A stretch of DNA of 64,000 bases. It comes from the human T2T-CHM13v2.0 reference genome, Homo sapiens. Position 1 is the first letter of the stretch. Every line of letters starts with the position of its first letter. Below are positions 29,864 through 46,435 of this stretch, in pieces. The notes under the pieces were generated by a model, which saw only the letters and a list, made by a program, of their open reading frames with translations, was not told the DNA's origin and did no database searches. A program made the translations under genes and the position numbers. The DNA lies in NCBI RefSeq assembly GCF_009914755.1, contig NC_060937.1. One strand, given 5' to 3'.

Positions 29864-32800
29864 TTACTCTGCAAGTAACAAAACTAAAGTAAATAGGTCA
29901 TTCAGTTTGTATTGGAATGCTTCACATTAGGATAGGCAGCTATGATTTTAAGACAATTTTAGTTCTTTGTGTATAAGAAGTTTTTGGGTTTTTTGAACAT
30001 TTATTAACTTACAAAGGTTTGCTCTAAGGCAGAATTTCTTAATTACATGGAGAAACACCTTATTCTTCTCTTTTCAACTTATTTTGTTTAAAGTTTTGGA
30101 AGAAGATTTTAGTTCACTGATAGAATTTCAGAACAAAAAGAGAACAAAAAGGATAAAATGAGAAGTAGAGTCTAATCAGTGTTTAGTATTTCAGTTCATG
30201 CATAAATCTGTTTTGCTCGTAAACCACAGAGAATACAGTCCCAAAGACTTGCAGGCACTCATTGCATTCAGTTGTTTGCAGACGTTTCACACCCTTCTTT
30301 CCCTCTGCTTGTGCCCACCTAACCTCAGCAGCAGCCAAGCTGTTCTGGTTGATAGCAACATCTAGTGGGCAACACAGGGAGGAATATGATTAGTTCTGTT
30401 TTTCCCCCAGCAGCATCATTCTGTTCTTCTGCCTGAGGGCATTTGCCCCCTCTTTCTTATCTGGAGACATTGTTTCTTAGCTACTTTCATTCTTATCTTC
30501 TCTCTTATACTTAGTGCCTAGGTAGTTGGCTCCGATTAATTTTTCTTTATGACCTTTATGCTTCCAAAAGTGACAGATTATTGACTGTTAAAATATTAGT
30601 GAATATATACACTTGGATATACATCCAAGCAGATAATATTAAATTTTTGAAGGAAAATTACACATTTTTAGAGCCAGTACCATCATCTTCTAATGTAAGT
30701 ATCTAGAAACCCGTGTCTGCATTAAAAAAAAAAAAAACTGCACACGCTCCTCATTCTTTTCTCAGTAGGGTTCCTTTTCAAGTATGTTATGAGTCGTGTA
30801 GTTACCTTGAAAAACAAAACTTTTCATAAGAAAAAAATCCCTGAGTTCAGACAACCAACTTTAAGCATTTAGGGCACCTTATTAATATTTGTAAGTCAGG
30901 ATATGCCTTCATTCATAAAATCAGGCAACCTTCAATTAATTATCACCTGTTTATTTTTTTCAGCATTAAAGGATATATATCAGGCTTTCTTTTTTTGGGT
31001 ATATATGTGTAGCTGATTTTTTATATTGCTTATTATAGTAAGGTATAGGAAAGAATTAAAGATAGTCCCAAAGGGGGAGTGTGATTTTACAGAGAAGAGG
31101 ATACATGAGGAGTGCATTGTTTCTTGTAGTCTATTTTTCATAGTTTGTTTCAGACACGTGAATAGAGACTGACTTTGAGTAAAATGGACATAAGTAGAGC
31201 CATAGATAGAATCAGAAAAAGAAATCAAGAAGTCAAGAATCAGGAAGAAACTGAAAATCAGTTGGGGGGCAAATCTCCTGAATTCAACAAATGGGGGGAA
31301 ACCAGATGGAGGTAAGAAGCAAAATAACAAATGGAAAATTATTTAGCTGAGAAATAAGGAAAGGAGAGTTACTGGGTTTTACGGTGTGAAACTCTCTTAA
31401 GATTTTATTAACTTCTTTTGTTTAAAAAAACAACTCTAATTTAATCTGGACTGTGTCATACATGTACTTTATTTCAAAAAGTGGATGTTCTTACCTTGAG
31501 TCCGCTTTAGAGAGGTGATGGGATGTACTAAAAATCAGATGTTATTTTTTAAACCCATCTGGTTCTTCAGCTCTCTTGGACCATTTTGGTTTTCTGTCTC
31601 ATAATAGAGAATAATGGAATATTCTGGGAGGGAGGCTTAATACAGCATCAGTTCAGGGTGGAACCAAACTGAAAATTCTGCTGCTTGAAGAGTTGGAAGA
31701 CTGTGTGTTGGTACCTGCTGCTCAAACACGTGATAAATAACAACAATCTTTGGTATGCTTTGCTGGATACTTTGGATTGAATCGCCCATAGAAATTTATA
31801 GTTGGCATTTATATGCACTGATTTCTTTTGGCTGAGATTTCTGTAATTTCATGAATATAACTTGGAATGTTTTACTTGATCTAAAGTGTGATTGAGAGGA
31901 ATTCTTTTTGGAGTTCATCACAGTGTCCTCCAGCAAACAGAAATGATGGCAACAGTAATAGTTCTCCTTCCCATGCCAGCTTCCCTCCTGCCATTCTGGG
32001 CTCCTGACTCTATCACCAGTGAAGTTTTAAAAGTTTTCTGGGATGAATCTTTGAATCTTTTCTAATAGATTCAAAGTAGTTTGTCTACCTAATCAGTCTG
32101 TCTCCTTATCTCATGTTCAGTGTCAGATTCACAAATGCTAGTTTTGGATAAATTTTTTAGTATGAACTTTTAAATGTTATTTTAGTAATGGAGTTTAACG
32201 TCTTTTTACTCATTATTTGGGTAGGCTGTTGTTAAGTATAACCATATAATGCTAGAATTTCACTAATGATTGCCTTAAAGTTACAAATATTCCAACAAAC
32301 CAGTGGTTCTCAATCCTGGCTGCATATTACCATCATTTGTGGAAGCTTAGAAAAATACCAATACCTAGATTTTTATCCCAGACTAATTATACCAAAATTG
32401 GGACGAGGGGATGGCTACTGCTGATTTTGGTTTTGTTTTTAAGCTTCTCAAGTGATGGTAATATACAGCTATGCTTGAAAATTCCTTATAATAAACGAAT
32501 GTTCAGTAAATGAACGTGTGTCTAATAATTTAGATGAGTTCTCAGATTTTAAAGATCTGCAAATGTCTGTTGTAGAAATTGCTTCAGGTGGTTTCATGTT
32601 AACTCTGAAGTACTCCATTCTTGAAGGCATGTGGTTGTTAATAGCTTCCTACCAATCAGGGCCACTTGGGATGACCATACTGTTTCCTGGAGTTATAATA
32701 GGTGATAAAGGACTTAATTCAGCCAGCTGTCTTTTGAAAATCCTTTTAGAAGGAAAGCCTCAGAATGGTAAATCTTGAGTGGGAGAGGTTTTAGGAAAGC

Positions 32801-33464
32801 AGGTGGTGGTTCCAGAGCTCAAAGATCTGTTAGAGTGTGAGGAAAAATAGTCTATTTGGAAACAAAGATAGATGGGATGTCATTCATTGAGGTTTGCAGC
32901 ATTTTTGATGTTCTAGAGAATTTGCTCTAAAATCTGGTTAATGCTAATGTTTGTAATAGGATAACTTTTCTTCAGATAATCCTTCACATTCCCACTATAT
33001 TCTGGGAGTTACAGAAAATGAGCAAAGTATGTATGTTAAGTTATAGTGGTCATAGCAAAGCAAATGTATAGTAACCTTAAATTTGTTGTAATAGAGAAGA
33101 ATATTACCTCTATTTAAATAAGAAAAAATTAGAAAAACTTTTTAAAAGTGGCAATTTGTAGTTGGCATGGGAATTGCTTAAAGTCTCTTAAGGCGTGGAC
33201 CTAGAACTACCTTCATCAGAATTACCTGGGTGCTTTAAAAATGTTGAGCCATTTTCTGGACCCACCCAATGAGAATCTCTGGTAGAGAGGCTCGAAGTCG
33301 TCTTTTTAATAAGCTCCAGGTTATTCTGAGAATCACCAGTATTTGAGGACCCTGCCTGCAGCTTATTTATAATGATGCTTTTTCCATTTAGGCAGTAGTG
33401 TCAGTGTATTAAATGAGTACCTGTGAAATGAAAATTAAAAGTTATATTTATTCTTTCATGTCAG

Positions 33465-33604
33465 CAAGCAGATCTGATATCATTAGGAAAAGTTGTGTTG
33501 GCTTTGGCTTGCAACTCTTTGGCAGGAATTCAGCGAGAGAATTTACAGAAAGCCATGGAACTGGTGACAATCAACTATTCCTCTGACCTGAAGAATCTGA
33601 TTTT
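33465..33604 (+). CDS. PAN3: PAN3 coding exon (~15): QADLISLGKVVLALACNSLAGIQRENLQKAMELVTINYSSDLKNLI
   Basis: Acceptor catgtcag|CAA, donor TT|gtaagt; 140 nt. Confidence 0.95.
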
Positions 33605-33829
33605 GTAAGTTTTAATATATGATAAATTGTACAGAATGATTATTTGCGATAAGACAGAGCTTTTTTTGTTTTAAGTGATTGTTTTGGTTCCCACTATTTA
33701 AAATCAAGCAAAACAGAAACTTTATGTCTTTATTTTTATTGCAAAGTAAATATTTCTTAGATAAATTGATAAACCAGTGTGTTTAAATTAGTTATTGATG
33801 TTTTAAACATTTAGTTAAAGGGCACCCAG

Positions 33830-34030
33830 TAGAAGTTTGTTGGTATCCACTAGCTACATGTGACCTTTTACATTGATATTAATTGAAATTTAAAGCTTAC
33901 TTCTTCAATTACACTAGTCACATTTCAAGAGCTCAGCAGCCACATGTAATTACTGGCTAATATAATTGGACAGCACAGACATAGAATATTTCCCTCATCT
34001 TGGAGTTCTGTTGGATAGTGCTGCTCTAGA
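33830..34030. mobile_element. MER3-like hAT element
   Basis: cactagtcacatttcaag...agccacatgt...ttggacagcacagacatagaa...gctgctctaga. Confidence 0.7.
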
Positions 34031-35705
34031 GAGTGTGAAAGCCATCATGAGTAAGCCTCAGGTGCAATCCAGTCATGTACTCTGGCCAAAATACCCATTC
34101 TGGAAAGCATTTGTGTGGAGACCCCCATGCTTACACTCCAGTATCTTAACGCTCCAGAGAATCCTTGAGTATCGATTTGAGATGAATTTGGCTTAAGAGA
34201 AACCCATTGTGTGGACTACTGTCACAACAGAAGGACTTCTCCGTAAGATATAGCTACTATTGGGAGATCCCAGAGGGTGGGCAACCACGACCTTTATTAC
34301 AGTTATGAGCTATATTAGAGAAGAGGTGCTAATCAACAGTCTCTTTTAGCTTACAGCTGCCCATTCTGATCTTTCTGTGTAGCCCTGGATGATCCAGTTT
34401 CTTTTTGGACCAGCCCTGGGGTATGAATTGGGGGATGGAGGGTGGGATTGCCCACCTGTTCTTTGTTACACTGGCATAAATGTCCTACTTGTGACAGCAC
34501 TAGAAGCCAGTGGTTGTCTGGATCCTATTCATAATCAAATTCAAATAAGATGATTTATCTTCTGAATAAAAATACTTGTTTTATATATGATCACAACAGT
34601 GATTCCTAGCCTTAGTTTGCAAATACCTAGGATGCCTCAAATAATTTCAGGTTATAATCTCTAAATTTTCCTTTTTAAAAAAGTGGGGATAGAGGACAAA
34701 AATAATCAGCCATATGTTAATAATTATTGAAACTGGGTGATGATACATGGGGATTCATTATATTACTATTCTATTATAAATGTTTGAAATTTTCTTTATT
34801 AAAAAAATGAATAAACAAAAAAGCCATACTTTAATAATAAACACAAACTAAAGTTTATGGAGTAATTAAACCATGTATCGGGCCCTTTCAAACTGCTTGA
34901 TGTGAATTAATTTTTTTAATTCTCCCAATAACTCTATAAATTAGATACCATTATTAGTCCCATTTTAGAGTTACAAAACTGAGCCACAGAGATAAAATAA
35001 CTTGCCAAAGTCACATAGCCTGTAATAACATTAAATATGATTAGCAGGGTACACATATGTCCATACTTACGGATGAATTGCTAAGATATAGTTTATTCAC
35101 ATGGGTATAGCTATTCATTTATCCACAAAAATGATGACTACTATATGCCAAATGCAGGATACTTTGAATGAGGTGAACAAAATTCCCATCTTCTGGAGCT
35201 TACACCCTAATGGGAAGAAAGAGTAAATAAACATAAAAACCAGTGAGATATTTTCAGGTAGTGATAAGACCTATGAAGAAAATAAGAGAATTACAAGCAG
35301 AAGAGTGAAGGAGTGAGTAGGAGGCTGCTTTCATGAGAAAGGGCAGAGAATGGCTTTACGTATAGAATAAGCGGCAGTAGATGATTGAGAATCTTTGTGT
35401 TCTAACAGGTAGCCCTTGAAATGTGTAGTATTTTCTGCCACTGTTCTAATGATAGAAGAAATTTAACTGGTTCCTTCTGCTGCGTGTTACTGCATTTCTC
35501 AGAAATGAATATGTCATGATACCTTGTAAATTAAGTTTTAGAGCAGAGGACAGCTTCTTAAAAAGGCTCATTCAGTTTAGCAAAATTGAAAACCCAGTTT
35601 TAGTTCTGAAAATTAATCTTTGCAAAACAACAGGAAAAGCTCCCCACCCCACACCTACCCCCTTTTAGTCCTCTCAAAAAAGTTTCTAAAAACCTTTTCT
35701 TTTTT

Positions 35706-36313
<608 letters not shown>

Positions 36314-36639
36314 TGTAACAATCTTTTCATCTAGCACTATTGTAAAGAAGGGTTTGAGAATGGAAATGGGTAAGTGCAGTCCTACTTCACTTTTCTTTCT
36401 CATTTCCATAGTAGTGAAAATGTAGAGAAGAGACATGTTTACTGTTTCTCCATTGGCTGTTACAGTTTTCCAGAGGAATGAAATGTAATATTTAAGAATG
36501 AACTTGACTTGCATGAATTAAAATGTTTTCAAAATTTTGTGTGCTAAGATGACGGCAGCCAAAACAGCTATGTTTGGGTTATCTTGTTTTTTAAATTGCA
36601 TGTTGGACATCCAAGTAATTCCTCTTTTATCTTGGGTAG

Positions 36640-36769
36640 GTATTTGTTGACTGACCAAAACAGGATGCGAAGTGTAAATGACATCATGCCCATGATTGGT
36701 GCTCGATTTTATACTCAATTGGATGCTGCTCAAATGAGAAATGATGTCATAGAGGAAGACCTTGCAAAG
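36640..36769 (+). CDS. PAN3: PAN3 coding exon (~16): (L)YLLTDQNRMRSVNDIMPMIGARFYTQLDAAQMRNDVIEEDLAK; start of the coiled coil
   Basis: Acceptor gggtag|G, donor AAG|gtaaag; 130 nt; lies within ORF 36584..36871. Confidence 0.95.
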
Positions 36770-36782
36770 GTAAAGAGTGTAA

Positions 36783-37089
<307 letters not shown>

Positions 37090-37543
37090 AGTAAAGAGTG
37101 TAATTAAAAGAATGTACACACAACTTGCATCTGTGTATATAAATAGACACAAAATAATCATTGTACTAAATATAATGCCTTATTTGCTAAGATTTCAGAT
37201 ATTTTTGTCGGCACTGAATGTTTGGTATTTTAATTTCTTATGTCCTCTGGACAACACTGTTCTTTTCATTCATGGCTTTGCTACAGTCATGTGACAAAAA
37301 TCTTGGTTTTTCATGTGAGTTACTTTTCCAATTCCTATGGACAGCTCCATAATCTTCTTGAGTACCATTATGAAATGAAATGGACATATTGTGTTTGTTT
37401 AAAAGTATAACCAAAAGGTGGGGATGTTAGGATTTATTGTTTAAAGGTAATATTGGTACAGGTTACCAGTTTTTGTAAATTTTGGCTTTTATGTTCAGTT
37501 ATCTGGAACATTAACATTTTTCTCTTTTTAAAATGTTTTATAG

Positions 37544-37608
37544 GAGGTTCAAAATGGAAGACTGTTTAGGCTCCTAGCAAAATTGGGAACAATCAATGAG
37601 AGGCCGGA
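37544..37608 (+). CDS. PAN3: PAN3 coding exon (~17): EVQNGRLFRLLAKLGTINERP
   Basis: Acceptor ttttatag|GAG, donor GGA|gtaagg; 65 nt. Confidence 0.95.
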
Positions 37609-37960
37609 GTAAGGATTTACAGTATTTTACAATATATTTTTAATCGAGAGCACTATTTTGCATAATAAGAATAAGTATGCCTGGCTTTATTTGGAAAAAG
37701 AGAAAAATTCTCATGTGAAGTGACCTTAAGATTGTGTTAGCTGTTAAGGTGCTATTTTTAACAACAGCCTAGGTGTGGCTGTCCTTACGAATTTTACACA
37801 CATGTATACACACAGAAAATATGGTGTGTTAGAAATCTCTTGTGGTTTGCACATGAGGGCACATTTTATGACTAATACTACCTCTACCCTATCTTCTTTT
37901 TGAGGAAGAAGTTTCATGTAAGTTTACCCTGGTCAGTTTAGAGACTTGAGAAATCTCTAA

Positions 37961-38319
<359 letters not shown>

Positions 38320-39235
38320 TAGCCATCATATAAGTGACATTGGAAAGGCATTACCTTTTACACTATTTGTCACTTAGTTCCACCTCATTTGTAAGTTAAT
38401 GTTAACCATATATACATAAGCAGAGTCGATGTTTGTACTACATAACTGTCAAAGACAGGTAGAACAGAATTTGCAATTACTATGACTATATACGTAAGTT
38501 ACATTTCAGGAATGTTTGATTTGTTAATAGAGATAGGTGAGAGATAAATACTATTACTTGAGGGGTTGTTTTTTTTTTTTACCATGGAATTCAAGTCCAC
38601 TTGCTTTTCTTCAAAGTCGAAAGACTCATTTAGTGTCTTCCCTAATAATTTTTCTAAGTGAAGAGAACATAACAATATATGTTAAACCATTTTTAATAAA
38701 CTTTTAGCTGTTTCTTCTAGCATTTATCTCTTTACTTTAAAATGTCTGCTTATAGTTCTATTCTTGATTCCCCCAATATATAATTCAGCTAATGACTCAT
38801 CCTCTTCCCTACACACGTGCACGCACGTGCACACACACATGCACACATGAGTTGAATCTGTATTTAGTGTTACAAAACACCTCTCCCATGCGGTCAAAAA
38901 TAGGTAACCTATCAGTTCCTTTTTTTCCCTCCCACCTAGAGAATTGGCTCTGGATCCTCTGCACTTCCTGTTCCTATCTGGGCTGGTTATGCTTTAAGCC
39001 TGCACGTGCTTACACTTTAGAACTGGAACTTCCCTTCAGTATTATCTGGGAATTCTCATTATCTCTCTGTGTTGGATACCCTGTTTTCTTGCTTTATTCC
39101 TTGGTTTGTTTATTTATTTATTTATTTATTTATTTTGACTTAATGGAGCATGTCCTTGTAGCTTCCTGAAAAAGGTGAGTTTTTTTAGTCTTGCAAGTTT
39201 GAAAATGGCATTATTCTACTTTCACACATTATTGA

Positions 39236-39592
<357 letters not shown>

Positions 39593-39869
39593 TAATTAAA
39601 TTTTTTAAATAGGTTGTCTATGAATAAAGTAAAAAGTAGGAAAAGTTTGCAGTGAAAACTGTAAAAGTCTCTCTTTCATACCTGACATCCCCAATATCTA
39701 TTCCCAGTTTCCCCCATCAGTCTATATTTTTAGTTTCTTCTGTATTATTCCAGAGTTACAAATACAACTATATATTCTTATCCCCTCCCCCTTTAAATAT
39801 ATAAAAATTGTAAACCATACACAGTATATTTTATCATAACAGCGTGTTTTAGAAATCTTTCTATTTAGA

Positions 39870-40100
39870 TATGTTTAGTATATGCCAAGCACTATTCAAA
39901 ATAGTTTACAAATATGACCTGACTTATTCCTCATAACAACCCTATGATGGAGTTACCATTGTTATTCCTATTTAACAGAGTAATTGCAGCATAGAGAGGT
40001 TAAATAACTTGAACAAAGGTTGCGTAATTAATAAGTATATGATCCAGGACTCCAGTCTAGACAGTATGGTTCCAGAGTGTGTGCTCCTAACCACTATGCT
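39870..40100 (-). mobile_element. MIR
   Basis: attcctcataacaaccctatga...agagaggttaaataactt...gctcctaaccactatgcta. Confidence 0.72.
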
Positions 40101-40129
40101 ATGTGTCTCCTCATACTTTAATGGCCTGG

Positions 40130-41570
40130 TAGTAGTTTATCCTATGGATGTGTTATAGTTTATTCCCCAGTTCCCTATAGGTGGGCATTTGGGCTGTTTT
40201 CAGTCCTTTGCTAGGGTGGGCGGTACTGTAGGGACTAACTTGTGCATACTTAATCTTATATATATGTAAATATAGGCCAATTGTGATTGCTAGGTCAGTA
40301 GGTGTGCCACTATAATTTCATAGCTATTGGAGAATAGTTTACCCATGTGTGTAATTCGTGAGACTGCCTCACCAAAATACTTTTTTCAAACTCTTAGATT
40401 TTTGTCAACCTTGTAGGTGAAAAATTGAATTTAAATGCAGTTTTATGTTCTATGTACTCTTAACAAGCATGTTTGAGGGTCTGTTTTATGCTATTGATCC
40501 ATTCTTATGTCCTGTTCAATTCATATCCTTTGCCCATTTTTATTTTCAATTGGATTGCTTGTCTTTCTTATTGATATATAAGAGCTAAAGAGATTCACTC
40601 TTTTTGTGATTTTTTTTTTTTTTTTGACTGCTCATTCCCCACCCTTGGAGACATTTGTATATGTCTGTAACTGACCAAATTTCTTCTTTGCTTCTGGATT
40701 TTGAATCATAGTTAGAAAGCCTCTTTCTACTCCAAGATTATGAAGGAACTATTTCATGGTTTTTTCCAGAACATTTGTGGTTTCATTTCTTCATATTAAA
40801 AATGTTTTATGTGGTTAGAAATTGTATAGGGTGTAAGGTGTAAGTCCATCTCCCCTTGTCCCCAAGACTACCTAGTAGTCCAAAAGCTGTTTATTGAATA
40901 GTCGAACAATCTAGCTTTTCCCCACTGGTTTTTGAAGCCACACCTCTTCCATACTATTTTAATTCAATCATGAAATTGAATTTTGAAATCTAGCAGTATT
41001 CTTTCCCATCTCCATTTCATTGGGCACCACTTTGTTGTTTTCCTAATACTATTAAATTTTCTGTACAAATTCTAGAATCAGCTTCTTTAGTTAAAAAAAA
41101 ATCAATAAACCTGATGGTTTCTTCATAGGGAAGATAGCATATTTATCGTGTTTAAACTCTGGGAACATTTGTGATTTTAGATGTTGAGTCATCGTAACCA
41201 AGATCATGGTATGTCATTCTATTTGTTGATGTCTACTTTTGTATTCTTCAGTAGTATTTAAGTTGTTCTTTATATAGTTATAGCAATACTGAGTGTATTC
41301 TTAGGTATTTCATCTTGTTGCTATTATAAGTGGGAAAATTTCCCCCATTCTGTCTTCTTGTTACTGGTATATATGAGAATTCTTGATTTCTTTAAATTTT
41401 ATGCTCTGGTACCTTATTGTTTGGGTCGTTTTCAGTAAATTCTCTTTGAGTTTCCCAGGTGTTATCTGCAAATAATGATAGTTTCCTTCCCAGTTTCTAT
41501 ACTTTTAATTTCTCTTGAGTGGTTGTGTTAGCGGGTACTTTCAGTACATAGGTAAGTACTAGTGATGATA
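40130..41570 (-). mobile_element. Highly diverged L1 (L1ME-like) ORF2 3' fragments
   Basis: Scattered antisense L1 motifs (gggcatttgggctgttttcag, atatcctttgcccatttt, tatctgcaaataatgatagttt). Confidence 0.55.
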
Positions 41571-44211
41571 GTTCAGAATTTGAAGCATTGTTCCTTTTAA
41601 CTTCCAGGCAGATTCAAAGGCATTTTCTTTATAAATCCTTTCCTTCCTCCAAGCTTTTGGGTTTTGTTTGTTTGTTTGTTTGTTTGTTTAGTCACTGATG
41701 TTCAGAAATTCACAGTGATGTTCCTTGGTGTAGGTTTTGAGTCATAATGATGGATTAACAGGTGAACCCCTTTAATCTTGGAAACTTAACGTCCTTCAGT
41801 TCTGGGACATGGTCTTCATTGTTTCTTTAATAACTTCTTGTCCTGGAATTCTCATCGCTCAGATGTTAGACCTTTGCAATTGATTTTCAAATATTCTCTT
41901 CTATTTTCTATCTCTAATTTTTTTTGTTCTACTTTCTGGGCAGTTATCTCAACTGCATTTTTCTAAAATTAAAGTTTTTTTTCTAATTCTTTGAATTTTT
42001 AAATTTCTGCTATCATATTTTTATTTTCCAAGAACAATTCTGTTTTCTGAATGTTTGTCTTGTACCATCTAATTCTTGTTTCTCTGAGGCCGTCAGTTAA
42101 TAGATTTTTGCTGGTGGTTGGTTTTTGTTTGTCTTAGTTTTAAGTTTTGTTCCATTCCCTGCAGTATCTCATAGGAAACAAGAGTTTGCTTTATTTTGTT
42201 TTGTTTTGTAACAAAAGATTTCTGATACTTAGCTGTCCATTTGTATTAAAAATAAGGTCCTAAAAAGCCAATGGGAAGCCTTTGTGAGGGCAGGGATTAT
42301 AGAATGTTGAACCTTTCTCTGTGATAAAGCAGTGTGATGTTGTTATACATGATTTTTGTTTGTTTTTGATAGACTGTCAAGGATTATCATTTGTCTTGGA
42401 CAGGTCAGCATCCCCTGAAAAGAATCTTCCAACCTCTACTGTCTGTGGTATAAGCCTGACAGCCAGGGTTTGGGAACCACACAGAGGGAAAGCATTTGTT
42501 GAATAGGGTGTCATCCAGCACTCCTCAGCTCTTCATCTTCTGGTTTGCTTGGCATCCCTGAGGCTCAAGCTTCTCTCTTTCACCCTTTTTAGAAAGTAAA
42601 ACCTCCAGATTTTTGCCAGACAGGTGGCAGTGGGGTTGAGAGATGGGTTATCTGTTTGCTGTTTATAGAACCTTTTCTCAGTTCTCCTGTTTTCAGCCTC
42701 AGTCCAAACTTGCACTTTTAGTAGTCCTTTGTGGCTTCAGTTTCTGAGCTACGCCAGTGTGGGTTGCTTGATTCCTGTGGGCACCCTCTTCCCACATCCC
42801 TTGTAGAATTAGGGTTCAGTTTTGTCAGGTCTACTAAGTCATCCCACTTACCTATCTGCCTCTGCATTCCAGATGTTCATGATTATCTCTTGTTCACTAT
42901 TGTTGCTTTTTCTGATCCCTTTGTCCTTGTGTTTATACCCTTTTTTAGGTATTTACTGTCAATTTGATGGGCTGTTGAAAGGGAGCAGAGATAAATGGGT
43001 GTTTAATCTTCATTTTAATTGGAAGTCCTTGGAGTGACCTTTGCAAACATACATATATGATTGTGCTAAAACCATATGGTGAACTTCTCCTCTGGTTCTT
43101 AGAATAAAGACCCAGTTTTAAAACATGTCCTAAGCTGTGTAGTCTGATCCCTACCTACTTCTCATCCTGGCGTCAAATCTGCCTTTTATTTAATTTTCTT
43201 CCCCCCATCCCCCATTCTTTGTTCTTGTCTTCACTCTGTTCCTTTTCCTTGCCCTTACCCTCCCTCTCCGTGTATTCTGTCGTCTTTTCTTCTCTTTTCT
43301 CCCCCAACCCATTCAGACACATGACCTTCCTTAAGTTTCTTCAATGTCCATGCAAATACCGATCTCTGACGAAGGAGCATCCTTCTTCTGGGAAGAGCAG
43401 CCACTACTTCCTCTGGAAAACCTTCCTTAATTGCTTTATATACTTATATTCACACATAATTTTACATAAATTTAATGTTATACATTTTCTGTAATCATTG
43501 TTTTTACCTATTTTTTCTTAATGGGAATTGTATCACAGTTTGATCTGGGAAGCAGAACGACTTTAAATGATACAGAAAAGGGATTATCAGCCAGGCGCGG
43601 CCCTAGATAAATTCATCTTCGTTTTATATCATATTCCTTTTAGGAGCATTATGTAAATATGCAGTTACAGCTTTCTTTGATTATTTGAATAACGTCTGTT
43701 TCCTACTAGACTGTAAGTTCCTAAGGTCACTGAAAACTCACAGTGGTCATCTGGTTCTTCACAGCTTGTTTTCACATGGAATGGTAGGAAACCGATATTT
43801 ACTTCCTTTTTGTTTCCTAAACATTTTTCTATTTTATGCTTATTGGTGAAGTAGAAGATGTACCTGACCTTTCTCTATTCTGTAACCTACAGAGTGGGAG
43901 GAAGAGAAGAGAAGATATTTAAAGACATTTTTACCTTTTCCATTTTATCTAATGGTAGGGGCTGAAATAAGGAGGTAATGTAAAATAGGAATGCATAAGG
44001 GATGATTTCCCCCTGACATTTGCTAACTGAAAACTGGAATTCATAGACTTACTAGTTCAGTTAGATTATTTTTTAAAAACACTGTACCAGACTCCCTCCC
44101 AATTTTTTGTTTATTGGGAAAAAGTAAAACTAGTTTGGAGTCTAAAAAATAGACATATGGCCACAGACCATACAGCATGAGTTACTGAGGTAAAATGTTC
44201 ATTTCCCCCAG

Positions 44212-44350
44212 GTTTCAGAAGGATCCCACTTGGTCAGAGACTGGAGACCGTTATCTGTTGAAACTCTTTAGGGATCATCTTTTTCATCAGGTGACAGAAG
44301 CAGGTGCTCCCTGGATTGACCTCAGTCATATAATTTCTTGTCTTAACAAG
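44212..44350 (+). CDS. PAN3: PAN3 coding exon (~18): (E)FQKDPTWSETGDRYLLKLFRDHLFHQVTEAGAPWIDLSHIISCLNK; C-terminal knob domain
   Basis: Acceptor tttcccccag|G, donor AAG|gtaatt; 139 nt; conserved WSETGDRY motif. Confidence 0.96.
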
Positions 44351-44525
44351 GTAATTTGTATCTAGATTTTTTAAGATCATAATTCTGCCTATAATTTGTA
44401 TAGAGTTGTATCTTCTACAAATACTAGGAAACTTAAGAAATCAGGATGTACTCTTAAAGTAGCCTGTAAGACGTTTTATTAATAACATTTTCTACAATGG
44501 GAGGATTTTTACAATACTTGCATGA

Positions 44526-44819
<294 letters not shown>

Positions 44820-45055
44820 TTCATGAATAATTTTAGAATGTTTTATTGTGGATCTTTTTATTATGATAAAGTATCACAAAATGACTGCTTCCCTCCTTTA
44901 TGCAATGTTTTATTTACATGTGGTTTTGTTATGCCGCTTAAAACAGTGAATGGTAAAAAGCAAAAAAATAATTTTGTGTTTATTTTTTAAAAATTGAACC
45001 CCTTCCGAATCATTGTGAGTTATGTTGGGTGTTATCAAATCATTATTAACTATAG

Positions 45056-45357
<302 letters not shown>

Positions 45358-45516
45358 TAACTCTAGGTTTTATAATCAAGTAGTAAATAATAAAAGCACA
45401 ATACTAGTGACATCAGTTACTAGCAGGTCCAGCTGTTATAAATGGTGAATTTGATGATTAGATGAATTAAGTAGATAAAAAATAGATCATAAATTTATTT
45501 GAGAGGTGAGGTGAGC

Positions 45517-45801
45517 TTTTTTTTGGAACGGGGTTTTGATCTGTCACCCAGGCTATAGTGCAGTCGCACTTATGGCTCACTGCAGCCTTGACTCCCCAGG
45601 GCTGCAGTGGTCCTCCTTCCCACCTCAGTCTCCTGAATAGCTGGGACCACAGGCACACGCCACCACACCCAGCTAATTTTTGTCCTTTTGGTCGATACGG
45701 GATTTCACCATGTTGCTCAGGCTGGTCCCAAACTCCTGAGATTAAGCAGTCCACCCACCCCCAAAGTGTTGGGATAATAGCCGTGAGCCACCACGCCCAG
45801 C
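45517..45801 (-). mobile_element. AluJ-like
   Basis: Diverged antisense Alu. Confidence 0.85.
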
Positions 45802-45831
45802 AGCATTATGTTTTAGAAAAGGTTGGGAAAA

Positions 45832-46196
<365 letters not shown>

Positions 46197-46257
46197 TTAT
46201 GAAGTTTAGAACTGGTCTCCAGGAGTAAATGTAGTCTCTGTATAGGTTTATGTATAA

Positions 46258-46435
46258 ACCAGGAGCTGGTAAGCCATGGCCTGCAGGCCAAATCCGTTCT
46301 ATGGCCTATTTTTTTAAAGCGTGAGAGCCTCGAATAGTTTTACATTTTTAAAGAGTTGTAAAATAAACAATAAGCCAAACCTAAAACATTTACCGTCTGA
46401 CCCTTTATAGAAAACATTTACTGACTCTTGGTCTA
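46258..46435. mobile_element. MER58-like hAT element
   Basis: catggcctgcaggccaaatcc...cctaaaacatttacc...ccctttatagaaaa...tactgactcttg. Confidence 0.68.

Noticed and set aside
30353-30371. CTCF-like CCACTAGATGTTGC on the minus strand
   Set aside because: It mismatches the critical GGC core positions and cannot be supported without ChIP data.
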